A stretch of DNA of 64,000 nucleotides from Minisyncoccia bacterium (GTDB taxonomy: Bacteria > Patescibacteriota > Minisyncoccia > Phycocordibacterales > CAIZLB01). Location of the stretch: assembly GCA_041752275.1 (NCBI GenBank), contig JBGSHK010000008.1, forward strand, positions 70,543 to 134,542, read 5' to 3'. The position numbers and the translations under genes are program-made. The notes under the pieces are model-generated. The model saw only the letters and a list, made by a program, of their open reading frames with translations, was not told the DNA's origin and ran no database searches. This document shows, piece after piece, positions 19,304 through 27,802 of the stretch; the stretch's first letter is position 1; each line of letters begins with the position of its first letter.

Positions 19304-19879
19304 TTATTTAGTATTCATATACTCCCTTATACCTGGAAATACTTGTATTTTATCAAACGGATATAGACGTAATAAAACTCTACCTTCTATAGCTTCTTTT
19401 GTTACAGGACCCCAATAACGAGAATCAAAACTAGCAAATCTGTTATCACCCATGACAAAATATTCATCTTTCTTTAGATTTATTAAAGGTGAAGTTTTTG
19501 GACTTTTGTAATAAATAAAATTCTCAGGTATTAATTCATTATTAATAAAAGTATTATCATCTTTAACTTCTATTTTTTCACCTGGTTTTGAAATAATTCT
19601 TTTTATAAATCTATTTGTATTTTCAGCTTCTGCTGGAGGGTTGAAAACTACAACGTCACCTTTTTCTGGGTTTTTGAATCTATAAGATATTTTGTCCACT
19701 ATAACATAGTCACCGTTTTTGAAAGTATTATCCATAGATGAGCCTGAAACCGTATGAGGTTCAAGAATAAATACTCTAAAAATAACAATAAAAACCAGTA
19801 TTATAAAGAAACTTGTCCAAGACATGTCTCCACTCTTATTTTTAGGTTTTGAAATGTTTATATTGTCTATTTCACTCAT
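19304..19879 (-). CDS. lepB: Signal peptidase I
   Basis: TM, VSGSSMDNT, FIKRII, YFVMGDNRFASFDSRYWG. Confidence 0.95.
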   Translation of the reverse strand: MSEIDNINISKPKNKSGDMSWTSFFIILVFIVIFRVFILEPHTVSGSSMDNTFKNGDYVIVDKISYRFKNPEKGDVVVFNPPAEAENTNRFIKRIISKPGEKIEVKDDNTFINNELIPENFIYYKSPKTSPLINLKKDEYFVMGDNRFASFDSRYWGPVTKEAIEGRVLLRLYPFDKIQVFPGIREYMNTK

Positions 19880-19903
19880 ATTTTGCTATATTATATCATA
19901 TAC

Positions 19904-20428
19904 ATGAAATATATAATAGGATTGGGAAATCCGACCAAAAAGTACAAAAATACAAGACATAATATCGGTCAAGATGTGGTTTTTCGACTTATGGATGATA
20001 TGGGGGATATAGCCGGTGTTAAGTTTATAAACCCAGAGTGCTATATGAACGAGTCTGGGGTTGCTTTGAAGAAGCTTTTGAAAAATGTTAAAGCTGGTAG
20101 TGAAAATAAGAACGTACTCGTTATACATGATGATTTGGATCAAACTATAGGAAAGGTGAAAATGAGTTATGGAGGGAACTCTGGTGGGCACAATGGTATA
20201 AACTCTATATACTCAATAATAGGTATAAAAGACTATTATAGATTGAAGATTGGTATATGCCCTGAGGTTAAGCCAAGTAAGGATGAGATTTCTGATTTTG
20301 TTGTGGGGAAATTTGGTCCTGATGAGAAAGAGGTGATGAAGAAACTGTATTCAAAAATATTGGATGGGGTGAAGCTGTTTGTGGGTGGGGAGGTTGATAG
20401 GGCTGTGGAAAGTGTAAATAAAAAATAA
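19904..20428 (+). CDS. pth: Peptidyl-tRNA hydrolase
   Basis: IGLGNP, TRHNIG, YMNESG, HDDLD, GGHNG; start moved to the ATG at 19904. Confidence 0.95.
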   Translation: MKYIIGLGNPTKKYKNTRHNIGQDVVFRLMDDMGDIAGVKFINPECYMNESGVALKKLLKNVKAGSENKNVLVIHDDLDQTIGKVKMSYGGNSGGHNGINSIYSIIGIKDYYRLKIGICPEVKPSKDEISDFVVGKFGPDEKEVMKKLYSKILDGVKLFVGGEVDRAVESVNKK

Positions 20429-20465
20429 AAATTGTTAAAGAAAACACTTAATAAAACTTAAGATA

Positions 20466-20807
20466 CTATATTGTAAATATAAAAAATATATGAATTAATA
20501 TTGATATAAATAAAATAAAACTTAATATTAAATTAATATACCAACCTAATTTTGTTTCAAAATTATCTTCTCCTAAAAAGATTTCCTCAACTCTTAATTT
20601 TTTTGCTCGAAAAAGTGTTACAATACTTGCTGATTGAAATATTAAACCTATTGTTATAAATAGTATTGAAAGAAATACTGTAATCCCATCATCAGAACTA
20701 ACACTAAGTGCAGAACTGGCTATGATACCAAGGATTATAAAATAAATAATATAAGATAATGTAAAGTATAATAAACAAAGTAAGTTAAGTTTTAAGCTCT
20801 TTTTCAT
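20466..20807 (-). CDS. Hypothetical membrane protein (about 3 TM)
   Basis: 113-aa ORF with three hydrophobic stretches. Confidence 0.6.
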   Translation of the reverse strand: MKKSLKLNLLCLLYFTLSYIIYFIILGIIASSALSVSSDDGITVFLSILFITIGLIFQSASIVTLFRAKKLRVEEIFLGEDNFETKLGWYINLILSFILFISILIHIFFIFTI

Positions 20808-20830
20808 ACAAATATTTTAACATAGGAAAT

Positions 20831-20864
20831 AAAAAAATACATCCTATTGTCGGATGTATTTTTT
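20831..20864 (-). terminator. Intrinsic terminator of rpsA
   Basis: AAAAAATACATCC-tattgtc-GGATGTATTTTTT inverted repeat. Confidence 0.75.
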
Positions 20865-20875
20865 CAAAATCATCT

Positions 20876-21964
20876 TTAGTTCAATTTCAATATCATCCTC
20901 TGTTTCTCAGGCTCAAAGATAGAAATCTTGAAAGAATATGTCTTTCCAATCTCAACTTTCTCCTTCATAGTCTTGTCATCACCAAATTCTGATATATGTA
21001 CAAGTCCTGAAACACCTTCTTCTATAGAAGCCAATGCTCCATGTTTATTATATTTGATTATAATACCTGTAACCTCATCATCTTTTTTGTATTTTGCTGA
21101 AGCCTCAGTCCATGGATTTTCTTTTCTAGCTTTTAGAGATAGAGACACTTTTCCATCTTTAAAGTCTATGATACGAGCCTTAACTACATCACCAACTTTA
21201 AACATAGTTCTAGGGTCGTCGATCAAGCCCCAGTCTAACTCTGAGATATGGGCCAAACCTTCAAGTTCGTCGTTTATCTTTATGAAGATACCAAAGTCTA
21301 CTGTTCCTGTGATAACACCATCAACATCATCACCTACAGAGTATTTAGCACTCATTTCTGCCATCTTAGCAGCATTTCCTCTACTTTGATTAGCGTTATT
21401 TACATGAGTTCCATCAAAGTCTTTTTCAGAGAAAATAAGCTTATTTTCCTTTGCGTCAGCAGTTATAATATATACTGATATTTTTTTACCAATAAGTTTT
21501 TTAAGCTCATCTTGTATTCTATCTTTGTTACCATCTTCAACTTTAGGATAGTTTTCTGTCTTAAGTTGAGAAGCAGGAAGAAAACCTTGTATACCTTGCC
21601 ATGACATCATAAGTCCTCCTTTGTTAGCATCCTGTACAGCTAAATCAAAATGAGTTTTTTCAAGTACAGCTTGCTCAGCATCTTTCCATAGAAGTGCCTG
21701 TCTTGCTTCTTTAAGTGAAAGCTCTATATATCCATCTTTTTCATCATAGCCTGATATTTTAGCAGTTATAAGATCACCTGAGTTAACTTTTCTGATAATA
21801 TCTCTGGCTATGATAAATTCTTTACCATATATAACTCCTGTTCCATATGGTGATAAGTCTACGAAAAGTCTACTCTTATATAGAGTAATAACTTTTCCTT
21901 CAATATCATCACCAATACTTGGTGGATTAGGAATATCTTTAAATTGTTCTTCTAATGTTGTCAT
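20876..21964 (-). CDS. rpsA: 30S ribosomal protein S1 (4 S1 domains)
   Basis: ANKGGL..GFLPASQL, FGIF..EGLAHISEL, GLVHISE repeats. Confidence 0.9.
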   Translation of the reverse strand: MTTLEEQFKDIPNPPSIGDDIEGKVITLYKSRLFVDLSPYGTGVIYGKEFIIARDIIRKVNSGDLITAKISGYDEKDGYIELSLKEARQALLWKDAEQAVLEKTHFDLAVQDANKGGLMMSWQGIQGFLPASQLKTENYPKVEDGNKDRIQDELKKLIGKKISVYIITADAKENKLIFSEKDFDGTHVNNANQSRGNAAKMAEMSAKYSVGDDVDGVITGTVDFGIFIKINDELEGLAHISELDWGLIDDPRTMFKVGDVVKARIIDFKDGKVSLSLKARKENPWTEASAKYKKDDEVTGIIIKYNKHGALASIEEGVSGLVHISEFGDDKTMKEKVEIGKTYSFKISIFEPEKQRMILKLN

Positions 21965-22067
21965 TTGTCTAATTGGGTATTTTCTAATTGTTCTTATTGC
22001 GGTTAATGGTCTTTGTGATGAACAAAGGGGATGAATAAGGGTTACAAAGAGAAAAGGGTTTTTAATA

Positions 22068-22340
22068 TTATTTAACGTGAACTATTTTCTTAACAGAAAC
22101 AGTGTTGTCTATGTTAATCTTTCTTTTTGAGCCAAAAGTAACTATCCCTTGTTTAGTTGCAAAAAGAGTATGGTCTTTACCCATAGATACATTTGTACCA
22201 GGTAAAACCTTACTGCCTCTTTGTCTTATGATTATTGATCCAGCAGAAGCTTTTTCACCACCATAAAGTTTAACTCCAAGATATTTTGGCTGTGAATCCT
22301 TTAAGTTCTTTGACGATCCACCTGCTTTTTTTGTTGCCAT
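22068..22340 (-). CDS. rpmA: 50S ribosomal protein L27
   Basis: [36 protein letters not shown]. Confidence 0.97.
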   Translation of the reverse strand: MATKKAGGSSKNLKDSQPKYLGVKLYGGEKASAGSIIIRQRGSKVLPGTNVSMGKDHTLFATKQGIVTFGSKRKINIDNTVSVKKIVHVK

Positions 22341-22583
22341 ATTTCTTTATTTTTAATTTATATTTTCTTAATAATTTCTTTAGAATTTCTCCTGAAAAAT
22401 TTTACATTATCTATGGTAAAGATAATAGCATGAGTATACACGACATAATCACAAAAATCAATACAGATAAAAGGGAAATCGGGTTTTCGAGGTGTAAGGC
22501 TTGTTGGGTGCTTTTTTTGAGTGTGGGGATGATTTTAGGGCAGGTAGGACTATTTATTTACATATATTTAACGTTTAAATGAT

Positions 22584-22976
22584 ATGGATCAGATTTTATC
22601 CCTAATCGAGAAATACTACTATATGAAAGATGGTGAGTTTATAGAAAATCATCAGAGCTTTTTTGTGGTGCATGATGATGAGATAGATATAAGGTTAAAA
22701 TATAAGACTATAAAGCATATAGTGGAAAAGAGGAAGAAGGATGGATATAGTATTGGGGAATTAGATAATTTGATTAAGAAAGTGATTAAATTACTTGAAT
22801 CTTATGAATATAATTTTGTTCAAGATATAAAAAATAATAGCTATTTGTTGATTGAAAAAGGATATAAACTTAAAGCCTTGATTGTTGTTGTGGATATAAA
22901 CCTTGAGGACGAATCAATATGTATTAAAACAGCTTTTATCAAGTCTGCTACAAAAACAGATAAGTATATAAAGTAA
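22584..22976 (+). CDS. Hypothetical protein, PBECR/RelE-superfamily-like nuclease
   Basis: KHIVEKR helix, then beta-rich YLLI...LIVVV...IKTAF, resembling BECR-fold RNases; recognised by eye only. Confidence 0.5.
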   Translation: MDQILSLIEKYYYMKDGEFIENHQSFFVVHDDEIDIRLKYKTIKHIVEKRKKDGYSIGELDNLIKKVIKLLESYEYNFVQDIKNNSYLLIEKGYKLKALIVVVDINLEDESICIKTAFIKSATKTDKYIK

Positions 22977-23072
22977 AAAACCCACCTAAGTGAGTGTTTT
23001 ACGACTGGGAGGACGGAAGACCCCTCCATTGCCACGCAGGCCAGCGGATACTCCGATTTCCCGCTTTTCAGT
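22975..23072 (-). ncRNA. Candidate structured small RNA convergent with ORF 22584-22976
   Basis: TTGCAT (23107-23102)-17 bp-TATAAT (23084-23079) on the minus strand; GC-rich hairpins; ACTCAC-TTAG-GTGGGT plus T-tract terminator. Confidence 0.55.
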
Positions 23073-23143
23073 GTGGTTATTATATAACAGGTGCGTTTTG
23101 AATGCAAATAGAAAAACACACGAACTATATGAGAACGTGTGCT

Positions 23144-24040
23144 TTATTTTTTAAACTTAGCCTTGAAGGCTGAAGGTACTGTGATGACACCAAGATGCTT
23201 TCCAGAGACTTCATGACGATGTCGAGTGAAAGGACCTTTGCATTGGGTGTATATTGGGCAAATGTTACTCATATTTGATCCAACACATCTATTGCATCCA
23301 TATCTACCTAAGATCCAGGTTGCATTGACCGAACTGATGTCTTTTCTGAACTCTTTATGAAGCCTGGACATAAGTGGTCTCAATTCTTTTTCAAGACTTG
23401 AAACTTTTATCTGTCCCTTGCCTTTGAGAATACTAGTAGATGATACAATTGCCTGGACCCACACATCGATAGGTACTATATCAGCAAAATCAAAGTCAGA
23501 GAGTTCGCTTAAAAACATAGCTAACAAAGAAAATATTTTTACCTTTGCTCCTGGAAACAGGTTTTTGACAGCATGTTTTCTAGCAATCTTTTTGAGTTTG
23601 TGTATAAGTTCATCAATATTTGAAACTCCTTCATATATCTTTCTTGGGTCACCATTGAAAAATCGGTCCAAGTGATCCTTTCTTTTGATGAAAAAACCGA
23701 TCTCACCAAGTGGAAGTGCTGTTTGGTATTGTCGGAAGAGTTTAGTCATTTCATCAATAGAGGGAGAGAATCCGACAGTGAAGAGATGTGGATTTTCACT
23801 GAACATCAAAGCAAAGTTTCTGTAGAGAACTCTACTGTTGGTACGACGGTCTGACATAGCTACGAGAGCTAGCCAATAGATATGTTTTTCATCACCGGGT
23901 TTGAGACCAAGGGGAATGTAGAGTTTTTGAGGTCCAGAGTTCTCAGCGTTAAGGGATGAGAAGATGCCAGTTTTTTCTTTGTAAGCTCTGAAAATAAGTC
24001 GGAATATCTTTCGAAAACGAAGTTTGTTGATGGTTATCAT
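23144..24040 (-). CDS. Divergent HhH-GPD-like DNA glycosylase with a C-terminal Cys cluster
   Basis: FPGAKVKIFSL (HhH-like), IVPIDVWV (catalytic Asp position), GRYGCNRC..CPIYTQC. Confidence 0.55.
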   Translation of the reverse strand: MITINKLRFRKIFRLIFRAYKEKTGIFSSLNAENSGPQKLYIPLGLKPGDEKHIYWLALVAMSDRRTNSRVLYRNFALMFSENPHLFTVGFSPSIDEMTKLFRQYQTALPLGEIGFFIKRKDHLDRFFNGDPRKIYEGVSNIDELIHKLKKIARKHAVKNLFPGAKVKIFSLLAMFLSELSDFDFADIVPIDVWVQAIVSSTSILKGKGQIKVSSLEKELRPLMSRLHKEFRKDISSVNATWILGRYGCNRCVGSNMSNICPIYTQCKGPFTRHRHEVSGKHLGVITVPSAFKAKFKK

Positions 24041-24149
24041 GGTTGTAGAAGGTTCGTATTAATGTAGAGTATTGGTTTATAAGGAAGTTGTCAATGAAAA
24101 AACGCCGGACCTTTTTTGGGTCCGACGCGATTCGTGGTTTATTTCGAAT

Positions 24150-24638
24150 CTATTTTTGAATGATTGGATTGCGGCAAGGATCATTGAGATCCAAGATTTG
24201 TCCAATTGTTGGCTCTACATTGGCAAGCCGTTTTTTCTCTCCGGGAGTAGCACGCTCACCTAAGGATCTCACTAATGCACGCTTCAAGGGATCCAGGATA
24301 TTACGAGCGAACTCGTAGTGGGCTAGGGTTTGATATTTGCCGTAGCTCGATTCTATTTGACCCACCTTACACTCAGGGAATGTAATTCCCCAAACTGCAT
24401 TCATGGCACCCCAAGCCCCATCGTAATGGGCGTAACCCCAACTTGGAATTATATAAGAGTCTTCATTTTCGGTCCAGCTTTGGAACCTTGTGTTACCACA
24501 ATGTGAATCAAGCTGGAGATATCCATCCCGAACACCAACAGTGTCCCTGAAGATAGTGTTGTCGTTCTCTTCACACTTCGCGTGTGGGAGGAGTTTTGGA
24601 ATAGTAAACTCTACACTGTACCTGATCACTGCTTTCAT
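24150..24638 (-). CDS. Hypothetical protein
   Basis: 162-aa ORF with its own promoter (24843-24816) and downstream hairpin (24103-24127). Confidence 0.65.
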   Translation of the reverse strand: MKAVIRYSVEFTIPKLLPHAKCEENDNTIFRDTVGVRDGYLQLDSHCGNTRFQSWTENEDSYIIPSWGYAHYDGAWGAMNAVWGITFPECKVGQIESSYGKYQTLAHYEFARNILDPLKRALVRSLGERATPGEKKRLANVEPTIGQILDLNDPCRNPIIQK

Positions 24639-24983
24639 ATTTTGATTTAGTTTCGATTTTTGGATAATCGGAAAGATTTCTGCCTTTCGGCGAAGCTGAT
24701 TTTTTGTCCCCTTTCCAGTTAAGACTCAGCTTTAATGATACATAGTAAATATATATCTATAAAGCTAGGTCTAACGTTCGACTTACCTATATCGGTGTTA
24801 ATGACCTACTTTTATATTATATCATATTGAATGAAAAAGTCAAAAAACACCCAGAAACCACATCAACATGGCAGGGGATAAAACCCTTTAATATCAAGCT
24901 ATTTCACCCATTTTGTAGACATTTTTACATATCCATGACCTAGTATGCTCACATTTGACACACCGTGATTATAATGACATAAC

Positions 24984-25012
24984 TTGCATTTTATCTCAGT
25001 ATGTGCTACAAT
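24984..25012 (+). promoter_or_regulatory. Sigma70 promoter of the transglycosylase gene
   Basis: TTGCAT-17 bp-TACAAT with extended TG. Confidence 0.65.
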
Positions 25013-25164
25013 GACATTGCCACTGTAAGAGTGGTTTTCAATTTGTGCAACCTATACATTATCTCAGACGGCCTCAGTTTTCAGGATTATAGTCTTACAT
25101 AATCAATCTGGTTTTGGCCCTTCAGATGCGGGTAGATAAAGTAATAGAGATTACAAGTTAAGAA

Positions 25165-25641
25165 ACGCTTATTTTACAAATTACAACAATAGCCTTTGTA
25201 TCTTTAGTATCAGCTGGTTTTATTAACACAACTGATATTGATACAAATGCTACTCAAAATAGTATTATTTCTACAAGTACGGAAATAGTAAGTACTTCAA
25301 CAATTAAGACAAAAACTAACTCTGGTTTAGAATCAAAAGTAAAAGTTTATTTCTCTGATACACCAATCATGCAAAAAATTGCATATTGTGAGTCAAGAAA
25401 CAGACAATTTGAAAAAGATGGTTCTTCACTTAGAGGCGTTGTTAACTCTCGTGACGTTGGAATCTTTCAAGTGAATGAAAAATATCACTTAGCTGATTCT
25501 AAAAAAATGGGTATTGATATACACACAGTTGATGGAAACATGAAGTACGCCAGACACTTATATGAGAGTCAAGGTACTAGACCATGGAATTCATCACGTC
25601 CTTGTTGGGGTAAGTATCAAAATCTTGCTTTAAACAAATAA
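25165..25641 (+). CDS. Secreted lytic transglycosylase (SLT/lysozyme-like), probably with a non-canonical start
   Basis: IAYCES, DVGIFQVN, N..YA..LY..QGTRPW..S..CW motifs; the frame stays open upstream of ATG 25369 to a TAA at 25159-25161 and encodes a signal-peptide-like segment; start uncertain. Confidence 0.75.
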   Translation, partial: TLILQITTIAFVSLVSAGFINTTDIDTNATQNSIISTSTEIVSTSTIKTKTNSGLESKVKVYFSDTPIMQKIAYCESRNRQFEKDGSSLRGVVNSRDVGIFQVNEKYHLADSKKMGIDIHTVDGNMKYARHLYESQGTRPWNSSRPCWGKYQNLALNK

Positions 25642-25648
25642 TATAACA

Positions 25649-25680
25649 AAAAGCGTCACTATCTTAAGGTGAGGCTTTTT
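25649..25680 (+). terminator. Terminator after the transglycosylase gene
   Basis: AAAAGCgTCAC...GTGAgGCTTTT followed by T-rich sequence. Confidence 0.55.
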
Positions 25681-25754
25681 GTTTTGATTTTTTTTGAATA
25701 TAAAAATAGCCGTTACCTTAAAATGGGGTAACGGTTTTATGTGTATATAGTGTG

Positions 25755-26342
25755 TTAGGATGCTACAAGACTTTGACTTGGAGACCATTCTTCTCCGACA
25801 ATTATTTGAGCTCCTTTATATACCTCACTAGCTTCAACTGTGTTAGGGCTAGGATTTAAATACGATAATGCTAAAATTACCTGATTAGGCAAAATTTCAT
25901 TTTTATTTAAAATAAAGGTTTCAATAATTGAACCTTTATCAGTTAAAAAATTTCCAATATAAACAACTTGACCACGATAGTTAAAAGCTAGCATTTGTCC
26001 TAATCGAAGTCTGAAAATCATTTTTTCTGTAACGAGTACTTTTTTGGTTTCTGCACTGGTTTTTATTTCTTTAATCGCAGGTTGATTCCGACCATTAAGG
26101 CTGGATTCGAAAAGGTTAAAACTTGAACCTTCTTTTATTTCAAATGATTTAAGGTGAATAAAATGATCTCCCGGTTTTTCTCTGTGTCTTACTTTACTTA
26201 ATGTAAGGGACACGTCTATTTTTATTCCTATAGAAACCCTTGTTTTTAATTTTCCTTTTCCATCCTCAATTAATTTGACCGTTGTAAATCTCAATGGATT
26301 TGTTTTCTTTACTGCAACTTTAGCTCGTCTCATGTTATGCAT
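25755..26342 (-). CDS. Hypothetical protein
   Basis: 195-aa ORF with a TTGACA/TAATAT promoter (26412-26384) and a terminator hairpin (about 25703-25738). Confidence 0.6.
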   Translation of the reverse strand: MHNMRRAKVAVKKTNPLRFTTVKLIEDGKGKLKTRVSIGIKIDVSLTLSKVRHREKPGDHFIHLKSFEIKEGSSFNLFESSLNGRNQPAIKEIKTSAETKKVLVTEKMIFRLRLGQMLAFNYRGQVVYIGNFLTDKGSIIETFILNKNEILPNQVILALSYLNPSPNTVEASEVYKGAQIIVGEEWSPSQSLVAS

Positions 26343-26433
26343 TGTTGTTTATTTACTTATTTCTCTCAAAGTTCGGCCTCTGTATATTAATACTAAATAC
26401 TGATTCTGTCAAATAATGTTGCAATGTTAACAA

Positions 26434-27282
26434 CTAAAATCCTGTAAAATCACTTTCATTTTTACCTTCAACAACTATTCTTTCTATCTTGTCCGCACTC
26501 ATTTTTTTTATCTTAACTCTTTTACCATCTTTGTTTATATAAAACACTCCAGGCCATATACTATAGGCTTGATATTTTTTGTATATATCTGAGATAGAGT
26601 CTTTGTCAGGAAATATTTCACCTTCAGATTTTTGTATCATTTTTGTATATGTTGCACTATCGTGATTTTGTTCTATGTATTTTATTTCATCGTTCTCATA
26701 TTTTTCCAAAGTTTCTATAAGCATATCAGCTGAAATTTTTGCCAACATTTCAGACAGTTCTTTTGTAGAACAAGGCCATATATTTTCATCGATAGAATAT
26801 TTCTTTTGCAAGACTATAGGACCATGATCCATAAGTTCGTCCACTTGTATAATAGTCACACCTGTATGACGCTGATCTTCTAAAATCGTGTTTTGTAACG
26901 GGGCCGGACCACGGAAACGCGGTAACAGAGAAGGGTGTATATTTATAAAATCAATAGTTTTTAAATCAAGTAATACTTGAGGTAAAATCTTTCCATAATC
27001 AGCAACAACACAAACGGTATTTTCTTTTATTATTTCTTTAAACTTTTGCAATGAATCTTCCGTTTTAAGTTTTTCAGGTTGAATGTATGGAATATTATAC
27101 TCCGTAGCTAGTTTTTTTATAGGTCCAGCTTCTATGATCTGATGACGTCCCACAGGTTTGTCTGGGGAGGTTATGATATATGATGGGATTTTTTTTTGCG
27201 CGAGTAAATTTTTTAAAACAGCAAGACCGAAAAAACCTGTTGAAAAAAATATAAAATTGTTTTTTTGCTCTGTATTATTCAT
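26434..27282 (-). CDS. fmt: Methionyl-tRNA formyltransferase
   Basis: PDKPVGR, VADYGKI, INIHPSLLPRFRGPAP, TGVTI, MDHGPI. Confidence 0.95.
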   Translation of the reverse strand: MNNTEQKNNFIFFSTGFFGLAVLKNLLAQKKIPSYIITSPDKPVGRHQIIEAGPIKKLATEYNIPYIQPEKLKTEDSLQKFKEIIKENTVCVVADYGKILPQVLLDLKTIDFINIHPSLLPRFRGPAPLQNTILEDQRHTGVTIIQVDELMDHGPIVLQKKYSIDENIWPCSTKELSEMLAKISADMLIETLEKYENDEIKYIEQNHDSATYTKMIQKSEGEIFPDKDSISDIYKKYQAYSIWPGVFYINKDGKRVKIKKMSADKIERIVVEGKNESDFTGF

Positions 27283-27790
27283 GATCGTTTGGATCTAGAT
27301 ATTCTATATCTTTAGCTTTGTCTATAAAAAGTTCTCCTTTGAGATGGTCACATTCATGTTGAAATATATGAGCCAAAAGTCCACCAGCACCACGTGATTG
27401 TTTTGTTCCATTTTCATCATAGTATTCTAGAGTGACATTAGTTGATCTAAGTACTCGACCATAAAACCAACGAACAGAAAGACAACCTTCACCGTCAAGC
27501 CATTTTTTTGTTTTAGAAAATTTTACTATTTTTGGATTTATACAAACTATATCTTTATCGGCCATTTTTTCTCCTTTAACAAGGACTCTTTTTGAAACTA
27601 TAAATATTTGCAGCGGTAGATTTACCTGAGGTGCGGCCAATCCAACACCGTCGCCAATAGAGGCTAAAGTCTCTTTCATATCTGCTATGATTTTTTGTAT
27701 TTTAGGATTTTTAATATCATCTATCGGCACCAGGTTTGCAGGTGTGTCGAGTATAGGATTTCCTTTTTCTATAATAGTAAGAATAGACAT
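27275..27790 (-). CDS. def: Peptide deformylase
   Basis: GVGLAAPQ, EGCLS, QHECDHL. Confidence 0.97.
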   Translation of the reverse strand: MSILTIIEKGNPILDTPANLVPIDDIKNPKIQKIIADMKETLASIGDGVGLAAPQVNLPLQIFIVSKRVLVKGEKMADKDIVCINPKIVKFSKTKKWLDGEGCLSVRWFYGRVLRSTNVTLEYYDENGTKQSRGAGGLLAHIFQHECDHLKGELFIDKAKDIEYLDPNDHE

Positions 27791-27802
27791 ATATTGATAT
27801 TA

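Noticed and set aside
22286-22582. 98-aa plus-strand ORF
   Set aside because: It overlaps rpmA antisense and its promoter region, has a TTG start and shows no recognisable motifs
22841-23119. 92-aa minus-strand ORF as a protein antitoxin
   Set aside because: Its start lies upstream of the minus-strand promoter, it runs through a terminator, and half of it is antisense to ORF 22584
25020-25140. c-di-AMP (ydaO) riboswitch upstream of the transglycosylase
   Set aside because: The conserved ydaO sequence blocks are not visible; kept only as an unnamed structured leader
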